From an uncultured virus (IMG/VR IMGVR_UViG_3300021197_001705) (lineage: Duplodnaviria; Heunggongvirae; Uroviricota; Caudoviricetes), in IMG/VR virus record IMGVR_UViG_3300021197_001705: a DNA stretch of 64,000 nt, one strand, 5' to 3'. The translations under genes and the position numbers were made by a program. The notes below the pieces were generated by a model, which had not been told where the DNA came from, ran no database searches, and worked only from the letters and a program-made list of their open reading frames with translations. Of this stretch, positions 36,613 through 47,600 are shown one piece after another (the first letter of the stretch is position 1; each line of letters begins with the position of its first letter).

Positions 36613-39600
36613 TAGTACGAACCTCCTGTTGTAGCTGTCGTTCCGCCACTAGCTAAAGAGGGAGTCGCTGTAGTCGTTGTGGTTGTCGAGATAGTTGCTG
36701 AAGTGGGTATGGCTGTGGAAATTGTTGTAGCCTGTGGGCGGTCTGAAACAAAGTTGCTGATTTGGGTTACTATATTACTAGTTGCTTGCGACATGCTGAA
36801 ATCAATACTATTAGAATATTCACTGATAACTAAGTCAGAATCAAGATCATCACTTTGGCTATCTGTCAAAGAGGGATCGTATAAATCACCTCTGGAAATA
36901 AAAAAGTATTTATTTGTAAATGCTAGATTGGTCCTGTCGTCTGTTCCAATTCCGAGTTCTTTGTCTACATGATAAACCATCTTACAGAAATAATAGCCTG
37001 TCATATCGAGTAAACTATCTGGGTCCAACATATCCCAAATGGGCTTGTTTAATAGCATTTCTCCCGTTTCTTTTATAGTTTCATAACCTACCAGAACCTC
37101 GACCTTAACGATAGTAAAATACGAAACCTTGCTAAGCAATTCAGTGTCTTTAGCTACTAATCTGTCTTTCCGCTTGAACAGGTTAATTTTTGATGATTTA
37201 CCTTTTGATAAAAACAGGGCCTTCATATGGTTTGGCAAGTTTGCGACTCTTGACGAAAATGCTTCAGGGGTTGAATTGTTCTTAATCTTATTTAAAATAT
37301 TTTGCTTGTTATCAATATCAAAAGTATTTTTTGACACCATCCTGCTTGGTGGACCCATCGAAAGTTGGCTACTTATCGCAGACACACTTTGCTCTGGAAT
37401 AGGCTCCAATTTAAAAACAAGGTCCTTGTCATACACGACGAAAGAGGAATCATTACCTAGATATTCTTCCGAATTAATAGTTATTTCTTCTTCTGCGGTG
37501 TCCTCGAAGTTCATAGGGATAGGGCTAAGTATAGAAAACTTAGGAGACAAATTTAAATTTGAAAATTTTCTTTTTCTTGTCCTTGACTTTCTTGTTTTTT
37601 TTCTTCTTGTTGGCCTCTCTGGTGGAATCCTCTGAACGTTATCAAATAATTTATTAAATTTGTTTACATCAATAGATTCTGGTTCTTTTAGGTCAAACCG
37701 GACTCCCTTATCCCGAACGGACATTGGGCTTATATAGCCGTAAGAAAAGCCAGTAGTTTGCACAAGACCAGATAATGTGTCAGGATCAACAGGCTCTTGG
37801 GGACTATAGATTGCAGGGCCGTCCGTAAACAGCTTACTCCTTTCTTGGACCAGTCTATTTAAAAATTCCTCGGGTTGTATCTTCGGCACACCCGAGGTGT
37901 AATTTGGTTCTATAAAGTTGTAGCGCTTCCTATTTTCAAAAGGCAAGAATATTTTTTCGAATCTGTGGCTGGTTTTAACCAAAGTTGATCTTGGAGTGTT
38001 CTTAGGAAAAACCTTAAGACTGTTTTCTTTTATTTGGCTTGGTGAAAAAGAAAAATAATTTATCATTTTGTGAATCATTCTATCCATCTCTTCCAAAAAA
38101 GAGCTAGCACTTTTAGTTGTTGCAAACCTAGGGTTTAATTTTGAAGTATTGTTTTGTAGAATAGTCGACAAGTCAGCCTGTCCCATGTTGTACATGTAAG
38201 AATACATTTTAGCCAGCACCAAGGGTCCCTGAACCCATGGGGCAGATGAGTAATTTTCTTGGTATTCGAAATCTTGATTATCAAAAAAATTGTCTCTTGT
38301 TTGGTCCATGTCATAGTTGTAATTTTTCTTAGAAGACAACATATCACAATAATCCGTGACCCTCTTGAATGTTTCTAAAATGTTATCAAAAAGACTTTGT
38401 ACAAATGGTATTGTTGGGTCTTTAAACGATAACTCTACCTCATACATATATTCGCCTACCCTGTTATCGTTAATGAGAAAATCTTCAAATTCAAAAAATC
38501 TTATATTATTTTCGCCAAGAAACATCTCCTTGATGCTTCCATCAATATTATAATCTTGTAAATTGTTTCTATAAAATTGACCTGACAATGGCTCCTCTCC
38601 GGCAGTTAAAATTGGCAACTCTTCTATAACCATATCATAATAAAAATCTTTGTTTTTCGATAATCTAGTTAATGGCTTTATAAGTTTGTTTTCGTCATAA
38701 GAGGTTATAATATATTCTTTGCTAACTGAATCTCGATAAGTCTCTATCGGACTTCCGATCTTGTTAGTTCCATAGGCTAATTTAATCCTGTCTCTTATTA
38801 TCGTAAGGTTGTTTATTTTAAAATTAGACATAATAGAGTTCAATACAACGGGGTTTAGTCCTTCTAGCGTTCTACCAAATTTGGTTTTCCTTAACAACAT
38901 GTCCCTGACGTTGATTCCAAACAATGCAGAAATATTACCGGAATATGTGACCGTATCGTATAACTCAGTAAAAGGAGTATAATTGTTGTCTTTTTTAATT
39001 TGGCTTTCTCTGTTGTAACTGTCGGGTTTCATTTCTCTATAATCTTTTATTTTATAGTTAAAAACCTCTAATGTTGTAAGTTTAGTGTGAGGCACATTCT
39101 TGTGGTAAGACCCTGCCATATACCCCCCTTCGTGCATATGAACTGGTCCTATATATTGGGTACCGTTAGGGTTTAAGAATACCGTTGTCGTTCTGTTTAT
39201 GTTTGATTTCTGAAATACGGTCTCTGATGATACGGGGCCGTAATACGACATTTCTGGGATAATTTTTATAGAGCCACCATTCGCGGATGCTTTTGCCTCA
39301 TCTAGGTAAACAGCGCTGAAAATTTTCAATTCTGATTTTAACAAATTGTGTTTGAAATCGAAAGTGAAATTGAAATACTTATAACCATCATCGATAGATG
39401 TCTCCACCTTCGAATTAAATGTTTTGTTAATTATTGTTGGAAAGACAAAATCTACAATGTTGCTTTGCAAACTGTTTGCCCTTTCGCGGATTGCTCTTTC
39501 AGAAAAATCTATATTTCCATCTGTTATCAAATCTCCGATTTCTTCTTCACTACTTGCTACAAATAGAATAGACATTGCGGTTGTAAGTCGATCGTTATCA

Positions 39601-39752
39601 GACCACAGCTTTTTAACCCCCAAAGAAGAGGTATCAACAATGCAGACATGGGCCCTAAGAGATGCATTGTCGTCATTGTGTCCTTCGAGGATTTCTATGC
39701 CCTTTATATAAACATTGGGCAATAACTCATTACCAACTAAAAAATCACTCAT
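36612..39752 (-). CDS. Hypothetical structural protein with His cluster and Thr-rich tail
   Basis: 1046 aa; GPVHMH...MAG..H...H; C-terminal poly-Thr. Confidence 0.65.
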   Translation of the reverse strand: MSDFLVGNELLPNVYIKGIEILEGHNDDNASLRAHVCIVDTSSLGVKKLWSDNDRLTTAMSILFVASSEEEIGDLITDGNIDFSERAIRERANSLQSNIVDFVFPTIINKTFNSKVETSIDDGYKYFNFTFDFKHNLLKSELKIFSAVYLDEAKASANGGSIKIIPEMSYYGPVSSETVFQKSNINRTTTVFLNPNGTQYIGPVHMHEGGYMAGSYHKNVPHTKLTTLEVFNYKIKDYREMKPDSYNRESQIKKDNNYTPFTELYDTVTYSGNISALFGINVRDMLLRKTKFGRTLEGLNPVVLNSIMSNFKINNLTIIRDRIKLAYGTNKIGSPIETYRDSVSKEYIITSYDENKLIKPLTRLSKNKDFYYDMVIEELPILTAGEEPLSGQFYRNNLQDYNIDGSIKEMFLGENNIRFFEFEDFLINDNRVGEYMYEVELSFKDPTIPFVQSLFDNILETFKRVTDYCDMLSSKKNYNYDMDQTRDNFFDNQDFEYQENYSSAPWVQGPLVLAKMYSYMYNMGQADLSTILQNNTSKLNPRFATTKSASSFLEEMDRMIHKMINYFSFSPSQIKENSLKVFPKNTPRSTLVKTSHRFEKIFLPFENRKRYNFIEPNYTSGVPKIQPEEFLNRLVQERSKLFTDGPAIYSPQEPVDPDTLSGLVQTTGFSYGYISPMSVRDKGVRFDLKEPESIDVNKFNKLFDNVQRIPPERPTRRKKTRKSRTRKRKFSNLNLSPKFSILSPIPMNFEDTAEEEITINSEEYLGNDSSFVVYDKDLVFKLEPIPEQSVSAISSQLSMGPPSRMVSKNTFDIDNKQNILNKIKNNSTPEAFSSRVANLPNHMKALFLSKGKSSKINLFKRKDRLVAKDTELLSKVSYFTIVKVEVLVGYETIKETGEMLLNKPIWDMLDPDSLLDMTGYYFCKMVYHVDKELGIGTDDRTNLAFTNKYFFISRGDLYDPSLTDSQSDDLDSDLVISEYSNSIDFSMSQATSNIVTQISNFVSDRPQATTISTAIPTSATISTTTTTTATPSLASGGTTATTGGSY

Positions 39753-40716
39753 CTTCGCATACCTCTATGTCATTGTTTCCAGTAGAATATATATTAACAT
39801 CTAAAGCTTCCTCTTTATCCAGCAAATCATCGCAATCGTAATCTTGCAAATCAACAAATATATCTTTTGCACTCAAGGATCTTATACCCTCACATATTTT
39901 GATTCTTGACACCTCGGAATCAATCATGAGGTCAAAGTATTGTTCGACCGTGTCAGCATCGACACTCTCTTCTGGTTGTTCGAAAATGCCGTCTTCACTT
40001 CCGGGGGTTCTTAATCTAAGTATGTCATTTTTTATTTCGTTTTCATCAATATCCCTAGAAAGAAATTTAAGCTTTTTATATTCAGCTTTATCCTCTTCGT
40101 ATAAAAAGACATCCATTGTGTAATTGTCACTAGTATTAAATCCGTTCTTTTCACTAAGATATATTAACATTTCCTGCTCTTTTACTCGTATAAAGCTTGC
40201 ATCGTCTGCTCCCATATCCGGACTATAATCAATGTAATTTGAAGTTGGCATACCACCTTGCCTAACATCACCAATTGACATCGTAAAGTTCAACAAACTA
40301 TTAACTTGAGGAATTTTGATATTTTCGTTTGTGTTGGTTGTGTAATTATAAGAAAAAGTATCAGCCTCACCCTGTAGTATGTAGGCTTCCCAACCAACCG
40401 CATCTTGGTCAGAAAAATTGTTAGTTCCAATCGCATAAGTCATCGAATCGTTCTTGTCTATCGACAAAGAACTCTTAAGCCCAGTATCTACCCCACGGTG
40501 AGTTGTTTGTGGTCTTAGCGATGGAGTTTCTGACAAAATTCTAGTTTTTGATTGTAAGTTGGTTTCCGTAAAGCCTCCACGTTCTGAATCATAAATCACA
40601 TCATCATCAAAAAAAGCATAAAACTCTGGTTTTAGTTTTCCTTGCGACAGTAACTTTCTACCGTGAGGAGTCAACTCTATCTTAATAACATCTTCCTTTT
40701 TATTAAAAAAAGTCAT
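39745..40716 (-). CDS. Baseplate/tail-collar-like protein (N-terminal paralog of 33646-34593)
   Basis: IELTPHGRKLLS.G....YAFFDDDVIYD. Confidence 0.65.
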   Translation of the reverse strand: MTFFNKKEDVIKIELTPHGRKLLSQGKLKPEFYAFFDDDVIYDSERGGFTETNLQSKTRILSETPSLRPQTTHRGVDTGLKSSLSIDKNDSMTYAIGTNNFSDQDAVGWEAYILQGEADTFSYNYTTNTNENIKIPQVNSLLNFTMSIGDVRQGGMPTSNYIDYSPDMGADDASFIRVKEQEMLIYLSEKNGFNTSDNYTMDVFLYEEDKAEYKKLKFLSRDIDENEIKNDILRLRTPGSEDGIFEQPEESVDADTVEQYFDLMIDSEVSRIKICEGIRSLSAKDIFVDLQDYDCDDLLDKEEALDVNIYSTGNNDIEVCEDE

Positions 40717-43700
40717 GATGTTTTATCTCCTGCTACCCATTTTGTAGAACCATCGCTGTATGTGATCTTGGTAGACCCAGCGGCACTATAATATGTTCTA
40801 TTGGTCTCCACAAGAGCTTCAGTCGATGTATCTTGATCGGCTTTCTTCGGGATATTTCTCATTATAGCTTGTGTTGCGCTTTTCATTATACCACCAGTTT
40901 GAGGAAGTTTGGACTCCTCACTAAACTTGACATTAGCTTCCAACTTAATTAGTTCAACCAACGAAAAGAAATCATAAGGCCAATTGAATGAAATTGGTGG
41001 ACCTGAGTCGTTGCCGGCCTTTAATAAACTCTCGAACGAATCCGCTATATCTTGGTCAACATTAGCTATCGCTCCTTGTGAAGCATTCCCCACTTGTTTA
41101 ATAATACTCTTGTCGTAAAAATTTACCTTTGCTCTCTGTTTTACCTTAAAGATCATCCACCGAAGACGATCAGGTATGTCGCTGTTTTGCCCGAGAAGCT
41201 CTTCCTCTAGCAGACTATGACTGCTATATGCCGTTGCCTCTTCATGGGAAATTCCAATGTTTGGTTGAACCCCTTGCCACATATCTGCCAAGTCTTGTTT
41301 TCCAAATTTATGTTTAAATTCAAAAATGTACATCGCAATCGGGTCAACTGACCTTAAATCGTTGTAGAAGTCCATTGGGGGTGGAAAAACATAATGCTTC
41401 ATCTTATCAACCATGTTTTGGACACTTTCTGGTATTTCTTCAGGAAAACCTTGGTTGATTAAGGCTAAAGCACTTTTCCCTTTCGAGCGCTGTATCGCGA
41501 CTCGGACTTCCTTTTCATCTAATTTGAAAAATTTTCTTCTGCCTTCTTCTTCGATAAAAGGAACAGCAACCACTGCTTCTCTTACTTCTTTGGTGTCAGC
41601 CAACTGTCCCATTTTAACTGGGGCACTGTTGAATCCGCATAGGTCCATTAGCGAGCCTGTTGTGGAAGTGGTGGGGTCTTTAGCAGAAGACTCTGGAACT
41701 CCTCCATTTATAATTTCAATATGTTTGTCTGGAACATCCGTGACTTGCATAAATATTCCTTTGGATGGGTCTTCCTCGATTCTTCCATATTGGTGCCACA
41801 TTCCTCTTGGCACAGACTCGGAGCCGTTTAACGGCAAAGTGATAGAAGTCGAAGCAGACAAATGATTAAAGTTTAACATTGGTGATTCAAAATGTGGTTG
41901 TATAACCCAGTGTTGGTCATCGTTTTCCGCTGTAGAGACCACGATTGTTTGCTCATTTGCGCCTTGCCCAGTGGTACTAACGGAGGCTTTCGCGAAGAGG
42001 TTTAGCGAGGCAGAAAGTTGAAGAAACGTATCATTTGCTTTGTCCCCAACGAGTGCTTTGTTTCCATAGAGGGGCGATGTGCCAGCCGAAGTGTTTTCAT
42101 CAATCCACCGAAAATACTCAACAGTGGATTGATTTACTATCTCATTTATAGTATATTTTTTAGTTTCGCTTGGCTGGAATCTGATATCAGCCCACCCCTC
42201 ACCATGATAATAAGGAGGAGTAAAAGGATAATTATAACCCTCTCTCGAATCCTGAACTGTTTTGGCATTTGCACCATTTGCCGTTCTCCAAATATTTGGA
42301 GGACCAAAAGCGCTAGGCCTAGAATACATTGTAAAAGTTTCGAAGTTGTTGACATCCGTAATCTGCGGAGTTTCTACCCCGCTATCAGTTGCAACAGCGA
42401 GTGGGCCATGAGCAAAAGTACCAGACAATGTCGATTTAAACATCTTCACTCTCATCATATATGTGTGATCCTTTCTAGCGTTCCCCACTGTTGGATCGCT
42501 TGATTTTTTAGATGCAATTCTAGAAAATTCTTTCCCTTTCAAAAAGAACTCTGGGATTTCTGCCAAATAATTATGTATCATTAGTTTGTATAGTGGCCCG
42601 GACTTAGGAGAAAAGAAAACAGAAGCTGATACGTTTCCGCTGGCATGTGGTTCTTGGGTGGGGATTGAATAACTTGACAAGTGTCTTGCAGGCTCGATCA
42701 GCGCTTTAAAGGGAACTCTCTTATCCCAGTTGACTATCCCGTCAGTCGAATCATCGTATTTGAGTCTTATCATGTATTGGTCAGCATCTAGAGTTGGGTG
42801 CGACAAAATCGCATTTAGATTTTCATTTGACCCCTCGGTTCCCGATGCCATATAGGACCCCGTTACGATGGGGTAATCAACTGCTACCCCGGATTTTATT
42901 GAATTGTATAATACTCCGGGAGCAAACATCGGAGCAAGAACATTTTGCATTGCAAATTCTGGTTTGTCGCCCGTACCCCAAGAGGTGCTACTAGCGGTAA
43001 CCGTGAAAGATCCCGAATATGATTGGAAAAACTGCTTTGCTACCTCGACAGATCGCTGAACGGGATAAAAACCGTCATAAGGTAAGAACTTTTTAACCGC
43101 TTTGCACTTTAACATAAGCCTGCTTGGTTTAACAAAATCCTTATGTTCTTCTTTGACAAATTCAAAATGTTCCATAAAGTCAGTATTTGTAAAGATTTTA
43201 TAGAAATTAGCCTCTGCTGAGCCTGTGGTGGAAGCAAGGCCCCCTGTTAACTCAAAAATACTCAAGTTTTGTTCAGTAGAACCAGTTGACTGGTAAGCTT
43301 TTACGTGGTTGGACATCCTAAATTCTGGAATTATAGAATAATCTTTGTATTTGCTTTTGAGATCTACGTGGTACAAATTATATGTGTCATAAAATGGAGC
43401 ACGACCAGATTGTGATGGGGTGTCCCATGCTGCTTCGCCCTGTGGTATATGTTCCATCGCTATATCACCAAGCGTTGTTCCATATCTAATTCCCTCTATA
43501 GGCATACCACATGGAGAAACTACTGACTCTGATTGTATTAGTGTATGTCTTCGGGCATATATTGGAGCAGGTGACCAATTAGAGTTTATGAGGCCAAAAG
43601 ACAATCTCGCTGTGGCATTTTCCGTAAAACCACTATATCTATTCCACAAAATACCGGGATTAGTATCGGAACCTTCATCTAGACCAAAAAAGACTTCGTT

Positions 43701-44687
43701 TGTTTCGATGCCGCCATCCATCCTAATGCTGCCCACAGAGGTTAATGCCCAATTTTCCGTTACGTCCAAGGGCCATACACTTTGGGATACAGGGGCGGTA
43801 CCAAACCCAGTGGATATTTTTCCATTAGAGTTTCTGTTTGCTCTATCATATCTCCACGGGAAAGAGAAAGTGGTTCTTTGTCTCTTGAAATTCCTATATG
43901 TGTATTGCTTTTGTGGAAACACTACCTCCCTATAGGTAAATGATTCAAATGAATCAACTAAGCTGCCATCGCTATCTAATCCACCATTGAGATATTCTTT
44001 TTTAATTTGATTAAACTCATCGCTTTCCTTGTCATTAAAGTCATAATAATTATTTATTTCTGGATTTGTAAAGCCAGCTATTGCATTTCCGTATGAGGCT
44101 TTTATTCTAAAACGACTCAGCGAGTCTCCCTGAATGCTCCCAACAGAAACCACAAATGGTTTATATTTTGATGTAACCGGACTTTCGTGGTACGCCTCAA
44201 TTGCTCCATATTTGCTTCTTAAGGTGTGTTGTTTGCCTGCCATTTTGAAAGAAAACTCTTCTCCGGGCTCTCGAACAAAGGTGAAAATGTTGCTCTTCTT
44301 TTGTCTACGAGTGAGGGGATTATCGCCAACCCTGATTTGTTTCCACGTTGGAAAACCATAAGGACCATTGCGATGGAGTATAAGAGCAGGAAAAAACGAT
44401 GCAGTTGCCCGAAGGAGACCAGCGTCATTAGCTGCATGGTCTCCGGTCTGTGGGTCAACCAAGTGTGCTGGGAAAAGGAAATTTTTATAACGCTCTATAC
44501 CTTTAATGTTTTTTGCGCTGTCTAAATGACCAATTTGATTTTGATGCAAGACTTGAGGCACGACATCAATACTAATATATTCTACCCCAAACCCAGCTAA
44601 TTGGGTTACATCCTCATTGGACGGGTCATACCCAACCGGCTCGTAAATGAATGTGTTCAATCCAACGTAATCTAAATAATGTGCCAT
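40713..44687 (-). CDS. Large hypothetical baseplate/tail protein
   Basis: About 1324 aa; start moved to ATG 44687 with GGAG; C-terminal NWPYDFFSLVEL. Confidence 0.7.
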   Translation of the reverse strand: MAHYLDYVGLNTFIYEPVGYDPSNEDVTQLAGFGVEYISIDVVPQVLHQNQIGHLDSAKNIKGIERYKNFLFPAHLVDPQTGDHAANDAGLLRATASFFPALILHRNGPYGFPTWKQIRVGDNPLTRRQKKSNIFTFVREPGEEFSFKMAGKQHTLRSKYGAIEAYHESPVTSKYKPFVVSVGSIQGDSLSRFRIKASYGNAIAGFTNPEINNYYDFNDKESDEFNQIKKEYLNGGLDSDGSLVDSFESFTYREVVFPQKQYTYRNFKRQRTTFSFPWRYDRANRNSNGKISTGFGTAPVSQSVWPLDVTENWALTSVGSIRMDGGIETNEVFFGLDEGSDTNPGILWNRYSGFTENATARLSFGLINSNWSPAPIYARRHTLIQSESVVSPCGMPIEGIRYGTTLGDIAMEHIPQGEAAWDTPSQSGRAPFYDTYNLYHVDLKSKYKDYSIIPEFRMSNHVKAYQSTGSTEQNLSIFELTGGLASTTGSAEANFYKIFTNTDFMEHFEFVKEEHKDFVKPSRLMLKCKAVKKFLPYDGFYPVQRSVEVAKQFFQSYSGSFTVTASSTSWGTGDKPEFAMQNVLAPMFAPGVLYNSIKSGVAVDYPIVTGSYMASGTEGSNENLNAILSHPTLDADQYMIRLKYDDSTDGIVNWDKRVPFKALIEPARHLSSYSIPTQEPHASGNVSASVFFSPKSGPLYKLMIHNYLAEIPEFFLKGKEFSRIASKKSSDPTVGNARKDHTYMMRVKMFKSTLSGTFAHGPLAVATDSGVETPQITDVNNFETFTMYSRPSAFGPPNIWRTANGANAKTVQDSREGYNYPFTPPYYHGEGWADIRFQPSETKKYTINEIVNQSTVEYFRWIDENTSAGTSPLYGNKALVGDKANDTFLQLSASLNLFAKASVSTTGQGANEQTIVVSTAENDDQHWVIQPHFESPMLNFNHLSASTSITLPLNGSESVPRGMWHQYGRIEEDPSKGIFMQVTDVPDKHIEIINGGVPESSAKDPTTSTTGSLMDLCGFNSAPVKMGQLADTKEVREAVVAVPFIEEEGRRKFFKLDEKEVRVAIQRSKGKSALALINQGFPEEIPESVQNMVDKMKHYVFPPPMDFYNDLRSVDPIAMYIFEFKHKFGKQDLADMWQGVQPNIGISHEEATAYSSHSLLEEELLGQNSDIPDRLRWMIFKVKQRAKVNFYDKSIIKQVGNASQGAIANVDQDIADSFESLLKAGNDSGPPISFNWPYDFFSLVELIKLEANVKFSEESKLPQTGGIMKSATQAIMRNIPKKADQDTSTEALVETNRTYYSAAGSTKITYSDGSTKWVAGDKTS

Positions 44688-44688
44688 T

Positions 44689-47600
44689 TTATACTCCAAA
44701 AATCTCTGAGGCTGTGGGAAAGGTTATCGCATCGGAAACAGTGTACGAAAATAAAGTTGTAAATGATAAATTGGCAGCATCAGTAGAATTTCTACCGTTA
44801 CCTGAAATGTCATAAAAGTTACTTGTTGTGTCTTCACTAAAGCTTTCCAGCGTAAGCCCCTTGTAGCTTCCTGCACCCATTCTGTAATACAATTCCATGT
44901 TTGTCCTATATGTGTATTCCCTGAATCTATCACCATCGTTATATAGGGTGGTTACATTCGCTTGCGATAACCCATCGCTAAAGATTGCAAAGTTATCCAA
45001 ATTTCCCCTAAATGCTTCGTTCTTATTATAACTATTTCCTATGTAACAAGCTTGTCCCGATAAGGGTACAAGGCTTCCGACTGGGGTTGCCGTTTCATCA
45101 AAACCATTCGCTAGGGCCCCATCAATATATAGTACCGGATCATTCGAAGTTGCACCACCATCATACATAAGAACTATGTGGTACCACCTGTTGAGTTCAA
45201 ACGTCTCCTTGGAAGTCCAAACCCCATCTGTTGTAGACCAGTCTGCCTCGAATCTAAATTTGTTTTCGAACAAAGATAATTGCAAATCTCTATATGAGAA
45301 GGAAAGAATTCTTTGATAGTCGTATGAGACAGTATCTGTTGTTCTCTTAAACCAGAAAGCGCAAGCCATTGTTCTATTGGAACTTCCTTGGCCAACAATA
45401 CCGTTCCACAGAGTATCCGTGCCTATCTCGATAAAACTATTGTTACTTGAAAAATTAACACTTTGATCCAAGTCTGTGTTTACTAATTCACCATCCCTTG
45501 GGAGGTAACCATAAACCCGTTGTTTTCCACTTCTGATTCCATAGTTATAGTTTAAAGATGAGGTAACCCAACTATATTGGTAATCACTTTGCGGAATTGG
45601 ACTCTGAAAAAAGGCGTTGTTATGGTCCTCATTAAAAACAGGAGATAATAATTGAGAAGTACTGGTTGGTTTTCTGCTAACATTTCTTGGTATTTTATGA
45701 AACGAGGGAACAGTGACATACTCTGTCGAGGTGACAGAGCCCACTCCTGAATCGCTTCCGAATTTACCACTATGTCTTTGTAGATGTGTTCTTAAGCCTG
45801 ATCTGTTGCCATGTATATCTATAGCCCTAATCGTACCAGACTCGCCTGAACCAGAACCTCTAACTGTCAGGTTTCTATATGGCAGTGCATTGTGAACAGA
45901 ATATTCGTGAGAGTATGCGTCTAAATATCCCTTACTTTGTACTTCAATGCCACCCGGTGCTGAAAAGCGAGATGTTATAATTGTTCTGTTTTTAGATTCG
46001 CCAAGAAGAGAGTCATTGATTGAATGCAAGTTTCTTGATGCGACAGAGTCGTTAATACCACCAGCAAATGAAATAGTTCCAGAGAAGGAGCTTGTACAAT
46101 TCAAATAAGCAAAGTGGTCAGCACCAATAGTAATCGCAGAACTAGTAACGAAACCGGCAGTTATTCCGTGTGTTGTTTCCCCATTGTAAGTAGCGGTATT
46201 TGTTGATGTTTTTAATGAAAACAGCGCCATTGGTTTTGCATTTATAACTCCGCTCACTGGTGTTAATAAGATGCCCGACCCTGCTTCTTGATATTTGTCT
46301 TTAACGGTTAACGTGTTAGCCCCAAATGTGGCAGCATGGTCTGTGATCGTAAATCCAGTATGCATACTGCCTGTTATCGCACTATCATCAAAGGTCCACC
46401 AAGAAGTCAAATCACCAGTTGGAAGATAAGTTCCAGCGGAGGCGCCTGTTAAATTAAACTTTGTACCACAATTGTATAATTGTATTACCTGAACGGCAGT
46501 CAATGGAGCTTTCCAATACGATACTTCATCATATTTTCCTTGAAAAGGAAAGTAGTGACTATCTGCTTGATGTCCGTTGCTCATTACAAATACCGCCCCA
46601 GAAATTACATGTGCGGTTCCGCCACCGGGACTCTCGGAATTTACTGATTGAGACACCCCATTGACATAAAATGCTGTTTGGCCTCTTGTAGTGTAGTCTG
46701 CGCCACATATACATGCAAGGTGTATCCAGCTTCCGCTATAACTAGCCTGAAAATCGTTTATCTGAATTGTCGAATTAGAAGATCCGCCACCACCAGTAAC
46801 CCCATACCTTGTAAGAGATAAGTGGCCATTTGTATCAATTTTTATTTCTGCTGATCTTTGACCGCCTTTAGAGGCTGCCGTATAAAACAGATTTTTGATA
46901 TGACCAGTCGAAGCGGTGGACACATTTATCCATGATGAAAAAGTAAAAGCTGCTGAACCACTGGCTCCTACAAACGTGCTACTGCTCAGGGCTACGTTCT
47001 GACCGTTAATTGAATGACAGGTAAAGCCTTGACTATAATTATCGACCGCGTTTACTATTGAATAAGTTGAAGTTATAGCAGGAACAGCAGTCAAAAGTCT
47101 ATTTAATTCATTCCAGTATTCAACCGAGCTTCCTGTTGGTTTTGCTACAGTGTCAAAATCGCCTGAATATGCTGATGAGCCTGATACCCCTATTGAGATA
47201 CCCACATCTTCAATCAAGATACCATGGTTTTTACCCGCTTGCTCAAGCCAAGTATTAATCAGGGAGTACTCATTCGATCCGGATGTACCATAAGCGTTGA
47301 ACTCTGCGCTAGCTGTGGCTCCCGTGACTGCCGGGATGTCTGGTTGTCTATTGTTCGAGTGTTTACCAAAAACATTACCATTGGCTGTTGCTGCATACGC
47401 CACAAGGGTCAACGGGTGAGTCGTCGTCGGCAACGATGCTGTTATAGAAGTCGGTAAGTAATTTGACTGTACCGGGTTTTTCCTAAAATAAAGATTATTT
47501 TCCTGTTTCCCAACAGCAGAAACTAACTCATAATTTTGGTAAAAGTTTCCGTGGCTGATGCTCCCTGTCGTGGTTTTTATGTTTTCGATATTAACAGGTC

